64,000 bases of DNA from NCBI GenBank assembly GCA_024137785.1, contig JAHRHZ010000267.1:21665100-21729099 (forward strand). Reading direction: 5' to 3'. Position numbers and translations under genes: made by a program. The notes under the pieces were generated by a model that searched no databases, was not told the origin of the DNA, and worked only from the letters and a program-made list of their open reading frames with translations. The stretch comes from Ginglymostoma cirratum. Lineage: Eukaryota. Positions 24,944 to 37,700 of the stretch are shown here, piece after piece. Within the stretch, counting starts at the first letter, position 1, and each line of letters begins with the position of its first letter.

Positions 24944-27900
24944 CTTTCTTGCTCCTATGATGCTGCTTGGCCTGCTGTGTTCATCCAGCTCCACACCTTG
25001 TTATCTCGGATTCTCCAGCATCTGCAGTACCTTTTATCTCTGCAACCTGTGAACTAACCAGTCCATAAAAAAAAGTGTGTTTATGGTGCTATCTTATGCC
25101 TGTTGTCTTGTGACAATTTATATGCTGTGCAGTCTAGGAAATTAATACCTTCCCTGTGTATTGTGGCTTTAGATTTAATGGCATGCCGATAGTTATTGAG
25201 GATACTGTTGCGTTCTTCTAATTCTGTTTCTGTTTAAGTCTCAATATCCTATGTGCAGCGCCTACACTGGAGATAATGTTACAATTTGAATGCATCACCT
25301 AATAATGGATTTAGCAAGAATGAAGTAGGAGCCCAGTAAACCAAAAGGCAACACCCAAAAATCAAAAAGTTGTCATCAATAAAATCTCAAGAGAAGCCCT
25401 CACCAATGTGCCAAAAAATAATCGGTGTCAGTAGTAAACAGGAATTGTATTCTTTTTCCACTCGCACTCATAAGTAGCAAAAACATGAAAGGCTAAAGAC
25501 TTTTAAGGTTTTTAACATAGTTCATCTAAAGCACTATGAGAGGTACAGATGGGACAACGAAACGAAAAACCAAACATATGGTGATATTTATTCTGAAACA
25601 CAGAACAAGTAAAAAGAAACACATTTTAAGAATCAGATTTGCTTTCGGTGACTGGGTTAGCATTTAGATATCGTGGCAATAATTCAGAGTAACAAGAATT
25701 AATTTAATTCATACTTGTCTATCTAACAAGATCTAATAATCCATGGTTTAGTTTAAAAAAGTATTTTTTTTTTTAAACTGCATTTCTTCTATCTGTAGAA
25801 TTTTCACCGTCCTGGACATTCAGCTTCTGCAATCTTTGGATACCACACATTTGGCTGGTGACCACTGGCTGAAGGATGTGCTCATTGGCATGTTCCTTAT
25901 AAGGTAAATGAAGTGTCATTCCATCTCCTGTGGTTAGTTTCCCTGAACCATCTCAATCAACAGCCTAGTTCTAGATGTACAAGGATCCTCGTGACTAATG
26001 CTAGCACTCCTCCAAAGTTGAAAGTGCACTCATCAGTGTTATTGCAATCTGTCTATATCTCTGCAGAGGAGACTAAACTATTCATTTTATACAAATCTAT
26101 GGCACGTCTGCCGTGGATCCTCCAGCAGAGACCATGTCTTATGAATTTCAATTCTCCCTAATATACAGGTATCATCACTGAGCTATACATCACCAGAATG
26201 ATAGAAAATCAATAACACAGCAATTCCATCTACAAGCTTGACACAAGAAAAAAATCCTCAGGAATATTGCTAAGTGATTGAGAGAATTTTGTAACCTGTT
26301 TGAAAATTAACCTGTATATAGAATTCTGGTAGGTATATTTGCAGTGTCACAAAGACAATCAGGCGATAGCAGATAGCATATATAAGAAAATGAAAAGTTG
26401 TGAAGTTTAAAGTTATCTCCTGCGTATCACTAACAGTTTTTGAGTTTATTGAGTTGTCTATTTTTAAAAAAAAGTACCATTAATTCTTGGATAAGAATCA
26501 GTTTTGGCATGTCAACATGATCTATTTTCTAGATTATAAACTGCTCTAGAGATAGTTCTTACCCTCCAGTCTTACCAGGGTCAGCTGTTCTTTTATCAGT
26601 GCATTTATTAAAAATAAAGGGCTAGAGTTAGCCATGTTGTGTTCAGCCACAGCCCCCAGAAAGCAACTGTATTACTCTGGAGCTATAACAGAGCATGGCC
26701 CGTTATTCCCTAGTTAATATTAGCAGTGGCTCAATTTCAAAGCATATCATTTGATAGCCCTTGCTCCAGGCTGTACCCCTGTCAAATTTTCTACAAAAGA
26801 GCCTGCTCTGGGACTCTTTACAGCACTACCGTTAATCAACAGAAATTATGCAGCAAAGAAAGTAGAAGGCTCTCCATGCGACCCTGGGGACACAGAAAGA
26901 GGGAACGACCAGTGCACATGGAAATGCTGCTGTAACTTCCAAATGAAGCTTGAGCACTCCGGGGACTCAAAATTGGGTCTGACAGTCTGTTACCACAGGT
27001 GCACCATTTTTACAAGTGATAGCTCTGTGACTACATGACTTCCAGCTGTTGTGATCAGCCATCAGTCTGCATTAACCCTACAGTACCTCATCTGTGGTAC
27101 GTCAAGTTACAGCATTCCTAAAATGCAAAAGCTAATTCCAAAAGAAAAATTCTTCCTTTCATCTCTGTCAGAAGAGATCAGTGACAGAAGGTTTTCCATT
27201 GTTCCTGAATTAACTTTCATATATTCCAGTTTCATTTACCTCCATTGATATAAACATTAATCGTGAAAATTGTGAATAGATTTTCTTCTGTTCTTTCTAC
27301 TCTTTTAGTACATATCAAGCAAAAAGATAAATACCTGTACTGTGCTGGTGAACATTTATGAATGTAATAGTTTAAGTACATAGAATTAAAATATAAAGAC
27401 TATTTTGTAGATATGCCATCCATTTCCCTAACGGAACGGCAACAGATCAATACAATCGCCTCATTTAGATTTTAGTTTGCTCAGTCGTATAGGATAAACA
27501 ATTTATATGCATGCCCATTATTCCCATTGATTGTTAACTCTTATATCATAAGTGATGAGGCAAAGAATTCTGTCCAAGTCATTCCTATTTACATCCGATT
27601 AAGATTTATACTAACTGTCGCCTAGAATCATGATGTTATGGTTGAGGATAAAATACCACTGTGTGATGATCTCGCTGCAAAAGCAATTTGATAAATTAAA
27701 TTTGCCAAACATTGGAGAGAAGGAACCTCCAGTTTTGACACGCTCACTCTTACCTACCATCGTAGCTTGCTGCTCCTTTCAATCTGGACTTTGAAAGCTT
27801 GACCCTCCAACTTCTAGAGCCCCCTTCCACCAATCTCTGCCATTCTTAATTGGAATGATGATCCCACCCCCTTCCCCTTAGTGGATCACCCATGGGCATA

Positions 27901-28374
27901 TGACAATGTGCAACCATTTCCCATGTTCATTTCAGACTGAAGGAAGAGCTCAGAAGTCCACAAGAGCATTCCTGCCCACAGAGAAACCATTGTCACTTTC
28001 TGTCAAGTAAATCAGTCAGTCCCATTCCCCTGGTCCTCATAGGAAGAGATACACATTTTCTTTTGTTGGGACAAAGAATTGACATGGAAGTTGAAGTGCC
28101 AGACTAAAATACAAGGAGAGTTTTGCAACTTTGAAAATAATTTACTGTTGAGCTGTGTGATACAATGTCGCTTCTTGAAGCTGTGAGGGGTAGAATTTGA
28201 GACTGAGTGGCACCAAGAACTTTTTGAGTTGAGTTAATTTTGCCTGACAACAGCCTGCTGATTGGTTGAGCTGCAATGTTAAAAAGTTACAATTTGCAGG
28301 GCAGCCGAGAAGAGAAATATCAGGAGTCTGCAGGCAGAATACATCCGTCTCTTCCCCCCGGCCCTCCCCCTACT

Positions 28375-28392
28375 CACTCTCTCTCTCTCTCT
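28375..28392. repeat. Short (CT)n microsatellite
   Basis: CT run directly visible. Confidence 0.8.
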
Positions 28393-28849
28393 GAAAAAGA
28401 CAGAAAAAACATTAAAGGTTGAAAGAACAAATTCTAAAACAAGACTAAGGTCCACCTGATCAACTCGTGATTCAAAGAATGACTGTCACCTTCCAACAAC
28501 AGTATGTCATCCTTGTATCTAGAAATTTGATTCTTGGAATTTTGTTTACTTCGTTTATACACCTCTTCTGCCATTCTATAAGTGTTGAACTGTTTGTCCT
28601 TTGTCTGTCTTATTCGTGATTTTTGCAGTTTAAAAGGTGTATAGTTTAAATGGCATATAGTAGATTAGATATCTTTTCTTTTACTCTGCTGTTTTCAAGA
28701 TAAGTATGTTAGAAGAAATGGTGTTATTTTCTATTAATTGCAAAACATGATTTAAACTGCTTTAGTCCTGAAATAGCAGTCAGGCAGACAAATTGATCTT
28801 TCTGGCAGTTTCATTCAAATGTTGCAGATGCAGGCACAATTACAATGTT

Positions 28850-28985
28850 TGAAAGTACATGAAAGGGAAAGGTTTGGAGGGATATGGGCCAGGACCAGGC
28901 AGGTGGGACTAGTTTAGTTTGGGATTATGTTTGGAATTGACTGGTTGGATCGAATGGTCTATTTCTGCACACTTTGACTCTATTC
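28850..28985 (+). mobile_element. HER1/CR1 3' tail fragment
   Basis: ggtttggagggatatgggcca...ggttggatcgaatggtctatttctgcacactttgactctat. Confidence 0.7.
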
Positions 28986-29049
28986 ATACATTGGGTGTCA
29001 GCTTGTGGAATAGAGGGGCGCGACTATGTTGGAATCTATTGATAAAGTA

Positions 29050-29990
29050 TGTTTCACTCAAATACCCATCCAAGTTACTTTTCAAGTTGGTTCTTGTTCC
29101 TAAACAACTTCTTTTGCATATTATTCCCTGTATCTTTTATTCAAAACTTTACATCTTCGTCCCTTTGAGCGTGTATCATCAGATAATGGAAACAGCTCTT
29201 CTTTGCCTACCTTATCTTAACCTGTCATTATCTTGTGCACTTCAATCAAATCTGCCCTAAATCTCCTATGCTCCAAGCATAATACTCTCAAACTAATTTG
29301 CAGCTAAAATTCCTCATTCTTTGAAACATTTTGGCAAAATTCCTCTGGACCCTCTCAAGGACCATCACTTTCTTTCTGAAGTCTGCTGACCAGAGCTACA
29401 TGCAATACCTTATTATCATCCTACCAGAGCTGTATAAGGTTCAACTTTGCTTTTCAACCTTTGTACTCAATACTAGAATCCATGAAGTGCAAGATCCCAT
29501 ATGTTTTTCTAATTCTTTCTCAATATATTCTGCTCCTTTAGATCAATCCACATAAAGTCCCAGATCTCTCTCTCGCTGTACAGTTTAGAATATTCCCATT
29601 AAGTCTGCACTCCCTCTTTCTATCCCTTCCACTAAAATGAAACATTTCACACCTCATTGTACCAAATTCTGTCACTGTTCATTCTCCTGACCTATCTCTA
29701 TCCTGCTGAAGTCAATTACTAGCACCCTTGCTGTTTGCCACTCGTCTAAGTTTGGTATCATCTACAAACAATGAAATTTTACTTTGCATTCCTATATTGA
29801 AATCATTTATTTACATTTAAAAAAGCACTGGTCCCAGCACTGACTGTTTGGGAATACCACTGCTTCCATCCTCTCATCTGAAGAACTATTTTCCATGACA
29901 CACCGTTTGCTGTCCTTAGACCATTTCTTTTATCCAAACTGACACAGATCATCCTTTTCGATTAGCATCGTTTTTGTTAACCAGCCTTTT
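29050..29990 (-). mobile_element. Decayed CR1 RT fragment
   Basis: tttggtatcatctacaaa (reverse complement FVDDTK); ggtcccagcactgactgtttgggaataccact (reverse complement SGIPxxSVLGP). Confidence 0.75.
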
Positions 29991-31249
29991 ATCCTCCCAA
30001 TTATTGTTTCTAAAACCTTACCTGCTACATGTATTAAACAGGCCTATTGTTATTAGGAATGCACTTACACAATCTCTTGAACAAGGTGTCGTACTTTCCA
30101 CTCTCCAATCCACCTAGGAAAATGGGGAGAGTAAGGTAAGCCCTTCTCCTCTCTTCACTCCCACTTTCTTTACCAAGCCAGATTGCAAGCCAACTGGACC
30201 AACAGATTTTTCCACTCTAACCATAGTCAACCACTCCAAAATAACCTGATCAATTTCATCCTACCGGTCACCTGTATGATCACCGTTTCTAACAATGTTT
30301 TATCAACATCTTCTTCCCTACTTAACATCAACACAAAATATTCATTAAGTATTCTAGCCTGGCTTTGTGTGTCGAAGTATCTGTCAGCACTTCAGTCCCC
30401 AGTGGGACCTTCTTGATACCTCTGTAGTATTTCCATGATTTGGATGATGGTTGCATTGCCTTTTATGTTATCAGTCATTCTATTTCCATGTAGTCCTTTT
30501 GCCAATCTTATGTTCCTCTTCATTTCTCTTCTTGACTAACTATATTCGGTGTGGTTCTCACCCGAGTTGCCTAAGTTTTTAGATACATGAATTTTCATTC
30601 TGATCTTCACAACAGTCACAATGTATTTCAACTGGGGCATTCTGTGATACTTTTGACTGTAAATGCCCATATATGAAGTGGTGATAGTTCTGGCAGCATG
30701 CACATTTGGGTAAACTGAAGAGATCTGACTCTGACTTAATCTGTATGCAGTTACTGCACCATATAATTACAAGAGAGATGTTTTATGATCAATAAATGTG
30801 TTGTGCATTTTATTGTTAGGTAATAATGTGCAGGCTATGTAATGCATTGCAAATACAGAGATGAGCAGGCTGCACATGCTGATTTGGGCAGTAAAGTGGA
30901 ACTTCCAGTTATGTAGATTGATGGATGCTTTGCATTGTTAAATATGCTACATTGGTTACTGCATTCTAGTATTCATGTTAAACAAAATCTAATATATTCA
31001 ACGCGCAGCATCTAAGTTCTCTCAGGCCAATGGTCCACTGACGCCATGTTGTTCCCCACTTTCTCCCACTATAATTTCACCACCTACTTAAAACCCACTC
31101 TTGATTCCTCAGAGTACTCCAATTTTAGTTTCATTTTCCTTCCTAAGGTTTCTTCTCTTATTTAGAATTTATAACGGTGAGGATTCATACTATTGTTACA
31201 TAACCCTTAAATTACACATAGCTTCCATGAAGTGCCTTATTCAAGTTTG

Positions 31250-31635
31250 ATGATGATGACGGTTTTTCATGATGAATAAATTGTCCTTGGATGGCCAGAA
31301 CAATATCAAGTCTGGATCAGTTAATTATGAGGGCAAGAGGCATACATTTGTTCGCATACTGTTAAGTTTGGAAGGCTGAGAAGAGATATAATCAAGATCT
31401 TTATAATAACAATATGATGCAACCAGAGAAACTATCCAGTTGGAGAATCTGGACCAAAGGTGCACAAACTTAAAATTAAAATAATGTCATTTCCACACAA
31501 AGGGAAATGAAAATCTGGAACTCTCTTTCCTGAAAGGCTATGTATTGTAGGTCAAATGAAGTTTGCAAAACCGAAACTGATTTTATGACAAGGTTATTAG
31601 GGTATATGGGGCAAAGATGAGAAATGAGGTTGGGG
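31250..31635 (+). mobile_element. Old CR1 3' remnant
   Basis: aattatgagggcaagag, ctgagaagagatataatcaag and atctggaactctctttcctgaaaggct match the ORF2 C-terminal pattern. Confidence 0.5.
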
Positions 31636-32192
31636 TAGTTGACTGAAAAATAAATATGATCTGATAACCACGATGGAGACATGGCTGCATGGTGACAAGG
31701 GTAGGTCCTGAATATTTATGGGCATATAACATTACAGAAGATTATTAAGCCAGGTAAAGGTGGAAGGGGAAAACTAACAATGCTGGCACTGGTGCAACAG
31801 TTAGGGATAACCTTAGTTCAGGAGATCAAGAGGTAGAATCAATTTGGATTGAGTTGAAGAATAGTAGAGGAAATAAGTCATGAGTAGGGACAGTTTATAG
31901 ACTCCCAAACAGAAACCATGATGCAGGATTAATTCTACAAAGAAATACTGAGTGCTCGTGGTAAAGGCAAGGCAATAATCATGGACAATTTTAATCCACG
32001 TATAAACTGCAATGGTAGTCTGGATGAAGAGTTCAAAGAATGTTTTTGAGATATTTTCTTAGAGCATCACATTCTAAAACACACCAGGTTATAATAGAGA
32101 TAAAAGGTACTGCAGATGCTGGAGAATCCGAGATAACAAGCATGGGGCTGGATGAACACAGCAGGTCAAGCAGCATCATAGGAGCAGGAAAA

Positions 32193-32226
32193 CTTGACGT
32201 TTCGGGCCTAGACCCTTCATCAGAAA
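32193..32226 (-). ncRNA. Minimal type I hammerhead ribozyme motif, intact
   Basis: Minus-strand RNA uuu-CUGAUGA-A-GGGUCUAGGCCC-GAAAC-GUC^-aag. Confidence 0.78.
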
Positions 32227-32232
32227 TGGGGG

Positions 32233-32332
32233 NNNNNNNNNNNNNNNNNNNNNNNNNNNNNNNNNNNNNNNNNNNNNNNNNNNNNNNNNNNNNNNNNNNN
32301 NNNNNNNNNNNNNNNNNNNNNNNNNNNNNNNN
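32233..32332. other. Assembly gap (100 N)
   Basis: Run of N; the same 32 nt (ttcgggcctagacccttcatcagaaatggggg) flanks both sides. Confidence 0.99.
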
Positions 32333-35300
32333 ATTCGGGCCTAGACCCTTCATCAGAAATGGGGGAGGGGAAGAGGGTTCTGAAATAAATAGGGAGAGAG
32401 TGGGAGGCGGATAGAGGATGGATAGAGGAGAGGATAGGTGGAGTGGAGGCAGACAAGTCGAAGAGGCAGGGATGGAGCCAGTAAAGGTGAGTGTAGATAG
32501 GGCAGTAGGGAGGAGATAGGTCAGTCCAGGGAGGACGGACAGGTCAAGGGGGCGGGATGATGTTAGTAGATAGGAGATGGGGGTGTGGCTTGAGGTGAGA
32601 GGAAAAACAAGTTAGGGAGGTGGAGATGAGCTAGAGATAAAAGGTACTGCAGATGCTGGAGAATCCGAGATAACAAGCATGGGGCTGGATGGACACAGCA
32701 GGTCAAGCAGCATCATAGGAGCAGGAAAACTTATAATAGACTCAGTTTTGTGCAATATTAGAGGATTAATGAACGACACCAGAGTTTAGGTTCCCCTAAA
32801 TAGCAGGGACGACAACATTTTACATCGAGTCTGAAGGGGAGAAGAGTGGGTCTAAGTCTTAAGCCTAAGTAAGGGCAATTATGTTGACGTGAAAGTTGAG
32901 CTAGCCAAGGTGGACTAGGATAAGCAGCTAGGGGATAAATGAATAAGAAAGCAGAGGCAGATATTTAAGGGATATTTCAGAACACTCAGAATGAACATAT
33001 TCCTATGAAAAAAAAATTAAAATGGAGAACCACCAGCTGTGGTTAAGTAAGAGGCTAAGGAAAACAGCAAACGTAAGGGAAAAGTATATTATTCCACAAA
33101 GGTGAGTGGCAAATCAGATAACTGGGCAAAATATAAAGAACAGCAGAGAATGTCCAAGTAGATTAATACAGAGAAAGAAATTAAAGAATGAGAGGAAACT
33201 AGCTGGAAATGTAATAATGGATCGCAAGAGCTTCTACAGATATTTAAAAAGGAAATGAGTAAATAAAGTGATTGTTGATTCTCCAACTGTGAGAATGGGG
33301 AGTATGAAACTCAGAATACGCTTAAATGGATCTTTTTCAGATCAGAAGAGAGTGACAAGGGGAGTCATGCAGGTGCCTATGCTGGGGCCTCTACTTTGTA
33401 CAATTTACATCGGTGACTTAGATGAGGGGAGCAAAGGCATGGTAGCGAAACTTTTACCTGACAAAAAGATAGGTAGAAAAGCATGTTGTGAAGAGGATAT
33501 GAGGAGGATGCAGATAGTCATAGAGTGGGCAAAAATTTGGCAAATGGAGCATACATTGGCAAATATGGGAAAAATGTGAGGTTGAGAACTTTGGCCGGAA
33601 AAGTAGTAATGTGTAGTATTACTTAAGTTCTGACTGCAGAGTTTTAAGGGCAGAGAGTTCTAGGTGTTCTAGTACATGAGTCACAACATGTTAGTATGTA
33701 GCAATTAATTAAAAAGGGTAATGGAATACTTGCCTTTATCACAAGAGGAAATGAAAACTAAATCAAGGAGTTACACTTCAGTTTTGCGGAGCATGAGCAT
33801 GATCCCAAGTAAGTGTGTTAGAGGTGGTTCGAAGTAGGTTTATTCTGGAGGACAGGTTGGACAAAATGGACTTACATTGGTGCTTAGAACAGTGATGGGT
33901 GACGACTGAATTTTGCGAGATTCTGAACAGTGTTGACAATGTGGATGTTACAAGAAAGGTTCCTCTTGTGGGTGAGTCCACAATTAGGAAGCAGTTTAAA
34001 AATTAATGGTCACAGCTTTAGAGAGACATTTTTCCTCTGACAGCTGCCAGAATTTTGCAACACTCTGTCTCCAAACATGTTGGGGTTGCCTTAGAATATT
34101 TTTAAGATGGAGGTAGACAGATACTCGTTCGGCAAAGGAGGCACTGGGATTAGATGGGAAATTGAAATTCAAAATGCATATAGATCAGGCATGATTTTAT
34201 TGCATGGCGAAGCAGGCTATAGGCAGCGAATGGCCTATTTCTGCCCCTAATCTGTATATTCATTTCTCAAACTCTCAAGCTGTGAACAACCACAACGGAT
34301 GTTACTGATTTAATACACCAGTGATTTTAGTAAAGAACTCTGAACTTGTGACATGATCACAGGGGTCAGACAGCAATGTTTTGCCATCTACTTTTAAAAC
34401 AGAGAAACAAAAAGACACAATCCTTCCAGCAAGGAGAGACCATCCGAAAATCATTGAACTGGTCGTATAGTTCCCTTGCAGCTAATGTACTGAACAGCTA
34501 TACTTCAAAGTGAGAGAAGGAGTCTCCCCACACTGTTCTAATTTCAGGTTCAACTGAGAGCTGACCAGCCACAATTCACTCAAGAAGCCTTGGAGTTCAT
34601 TTAGAGACCTCGGCTTTCCAAGACCTTCATTCCAGCCAAAGCATCAATACATCTAAGAAATTACAGGGCTGTTATGTAAGTGAGATGGACACAACAACAT
34701 ATTGTAATCATATCGTCCAAGACACAGGCAAGAAAACGAAGGTATTATCTGTGTAGTTGACCACTGGGTATATGGGCTCAAAAGGCACTGGCTTGATACT
34801 GACAAAACTCATTCACAGCTGACTTTTTCAGGCACCAGAGATTAGAAGTATTCATCCCATCAAAGCAGACGAGAATTAGGCAGTAAAGACAAATGGGCAG
34901 GATGTTAATCCACTGCTCCAAAACCACGAAAGAATTCTTCCAGAGAATTTGTTCATATGAGAGGCAGCCTAGAGCTGCAGTCTAACAACCCCAAAGATCT
35001 TTGGTGGACAAGCTGACCTAACCCAAGCTCACTTACACGAAAAAAAAGTACATTGCAGGCAATCCCCTGAAATGTGAAATGTGATGGTGCTGAAACAGGG
35101 AGGAAATATAAGATTATGCACTAAAAAAAATTAAATAATACAAGGCACTTCTGTGATATATTTCAGAATATCAAACATAATGATGTTGTCCCACACTCCA
35201 TGTTCATATATTAAGCTGCTTGGGATGAGTTCAAATGTAACAGATGTGAGTGCTGCAGCAGGATCTTTCCCCAAGAGGCCAACAATTTTGAGAACAGGCT

Positions 35301-36574
35301 GCTCACCGTCTTCTGTATTCGTCACCACTTGTGCTCACTGCAACACTCTGGCCTTGTGCTGCTTCTTCAGGCTAGAACTACTGCTTTATAGTGTAGCCTG
35401 GGACTTCCTGAGAAGTGTGTTTAAGGCTTCAGCAAAACTTACTAGGATTCTGCAGCTGCCAGATCTCACTGACAGTGTGGATAGTTACACAAAACAGAGA
35501 TTTAATCTGCTGTGAACAGACCAGACACACTGTTCCAATACAGATTGCTAGGCAGCTGGGACTCCCATCAACTGGGAGGTGGGAAGCTAAATGTCAGATG
35601 AGGGTTGACTCTCAAGCTCTTGGCACATTCTCCTTTTCTACGCAGGTCCCTCAAAAAATTATTGAAGCAACTGAGGGTTGGCAGCCACTAGATTTTCCAA
35701 CATGGCCACAGTTTCAAGGCCAACTGAGGATTCTCATTCAGATGATCAATCCCAATATCAGTTTTGCACTGCCACAGCATCCAGCAGCAACAGGTCACCA
35801 CACATATTCCTTCAGATCAGGAAGCATGTAATGACATTTGCTAACATCATTTCCAAGGGATGGTTTAATTCATGGTCGTGGAATAAGACATTTCATCAAC
35901 AAAAATTCACATTATTTGTTCTTAGTGGAAACTGTATTTGCTGGAAGGACTGTGGAATAGCTCATAACTGTTCAAAGAGAACTGAAATATGGCAGTAAAG
36001 CTTAAGTCAAGGTATTAGCTTGGCATAATTTTAATGGAAGTGAGTGATGGGGTTGTTCAAGTATACTTCAAGTTGGTTGTTGGCAGACTATTTCAATTGC
36101 TTGAATTAGTTCTAGATCAGAGTAATACATACAATTAATTCTCTAAACATCAGCTCCTTTCATAATGATATCCTTCTCTTGCCGCTGTTAAGTAGGCTCC
36201 TCAACTAATTCCCTCTAACTTTTTCCTACTGCATCTGTGCAGCTTACAGGGAACATGGTTCCTCATTATCTTGCTGCATGGTCCCTTCTGCATTTTCATT
36301 GCTCCACAACAGATACCTTGCCTTTAACTACCTAGGCTTGAAGGCGGAGTATTCCCTCACAAACCTCTTTGCCTACCTTTTAGGCTGCTCCTTAAAAATT
36401 GCCTTGCACCAAAGTGTTTGGGGAGGGGGACACACAGGGTTGCAATACAGGATAAAAATGTCCGTTCCTTCAAGAGCAAAGTATAAACAAACTTCACACT
36501 GCGCACGCATTTGAGTGTTAAACTCACTGGGATGCAACCAAATTCTTGTGATGCTAGCACCAGTTAAAGCCAAA

Positions 36575-36708
36575 ATAAAAGCAATACGATGGATGCTGTA
36601 ACCTTGGACAAAAACAGCAAATGCTCGAGAAACTCAGCAGGTCTCCATCACCTGCAGGCAGAGAAACAGAGTTATCATTTTGAGACTGATATGACTCTTC
36701 TTTGGAAA
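36575..36708 (-). mobile_element. Old PLE-derived family B-like arm with degenerate HHR
   Basis: gatgctgtaacc...aaaacagcaaatgctcgagaaactcagcaggtct...gagaaacagagtta. Confidence 0.65.
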
Positions 36709-37134
36709 TACTTAAAGCTACCCTGCAGTACTTTAAGCAAGACTGTACATCTGAGACTGTGACCTCCTGGTTCTAAACTTCTCAGGGGAAACATCTTTCC
36801 AACAAGACTGGAAAAGCAATGTCTTCTGTCTACAGAGGACCAGGAATCCATAGAGACAAAATCTCAGAAGACTACAGTCACAATCAGTGCCGGCACTGTG
36901 ACCCAAGGATCTGAAAGAAGCGCTACATGAACTTTAATGACAGCACACAAGTGATCAGGGTCAGTGAATTCACATTCAAGTGTCATATTTTTATGTTTGA
37001 AACCCAGGTCTGGGACATTACTTCATGCAGCACACCCATTTCACTCACTTCCCAACAATCTCTATCAATCACACCATGCAGTTTTGAATTAAATATACAA
37101 TTTCTAAATTCATGGATGACAGCGGATTGAGATC

Positions 37135-37700
37135 GAGATTGTCAATATTGAAGAAGACCACAGCAAATTACAGGAAGACGTTTATAAACTTGTAGAATAG
37201 GAAAATAATTGGAAAATTAAGTTGAATACAGATAAATATGAGGTATTACATTTTTTGTGAAACTTTAGGAAGGTAATTTAATGTCAGATGGTGCAAGTCA
37301 AAGTGGAGTAGAGGAACAAAGGAACCTCAAGGTCCAAATACATTAATCACTTAAAGTTGCGCCAGATGTTAGCAAAGCTTTAAAATTAAACTAAGTCAAG
37401 TGTTTGGCTTTATTTTTAAAATAATCAAATTGGGAAATAGGGAAGTTGTGCTGAACCTATGTTGAACCTTGTTTAGATCATACTTATACTGCACAACGCA
37501 GTCTGGTGAAAAGGAGAAAAAGGACATACAGGCACCATAACGGGTGCAGAGAAAATTTATAAGAGTGATATCAGAAACACTTGGATATACATCTCAGGAA
37601 ACCATGAACAAACTGGGTTTCTTTCTCTTAAAAATAAAGAAAAAAGACTTAGCGATGACCTAATAGACGTTTTTAAATTCTCAAAGTTTTGATAATGTTA
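37135..37700 (+). mobile_element. Decayed CR1 RT C-terminal fragment
   Basis: EEDHSKLQEDVYKLVE*, VQRKFIRVI and DDLIDVFK resemble CR1 ORF2. Confidence 0.7.

Larger units (their letters stand above)
24788..25040. mobile_element. PLE-derived family A palindromic element with two opposed HHR motifs, 33-nt tail and 16-bp TSD
   Basis: Inverted arms 24788-24887 and 24908-25007; spacer 24888-24907; tail 25008-25040; TSD tgcaacccgtgaacta (24772-24787) and tgcaacctgtgaacta (25041-25056). Confidence 0.9.
24186..25095 (+). mobile_element. Possible solo LTR, interrupted by the PLE-derived insertion
   Basis: Begins gttac and ends gtgaca; contains ccaat/attgg boxes, a purine-rich middle and ataaa; no clear TSD. 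Confidence 0.3.
32096..32732 (-). mobile_element. PLE-derived family A element with direct terminal repeats (partial tandem, retrozyme-like) and ~10-bp TSD
   Basis: ~100-bp direct repeats 32096-32195 and 32633-32732 (one mismatch); low-complexity internal segment; HHR at 32193-32226; TSD ttataataga at 32089-32098 and 32731-32740. Confidence 0.88.
31640..34265 (+). mobile_element. Internally deleted CR1 LINE (APE endonuclease, RT, 3' end), interrupted by the PLE-derived element
   Basis: YDLITTMETWLHGD (ITETWL endonuclease motif), IMDNFN (MGDFN), RGVMQVPMLGPLLCTIYIGDLDEG (RT), terminal gcgaatggcctatttctgccccta. Confidence 0.85.

Noticed and set aside
24801-25052. Recurrent peptides (MELDEHSRPSS..., SDEGSRPETSS..., MLEKLSRSG...) as a gene family
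   Set aside because: These are translations of the non-coding ribozyme elements and appear on both strands because of the palindromes
25775-25955. Minus-strand short frame ending ...STDRRNAV* next to an A-run
   Set aside because: Weak acceptor and no recognisable homology; cannot support a terminal exon or retrocopy
28155-29020. Possible solo LTR
   Set aside because: Composition is LTR-like, but no termini or TSD could be defined
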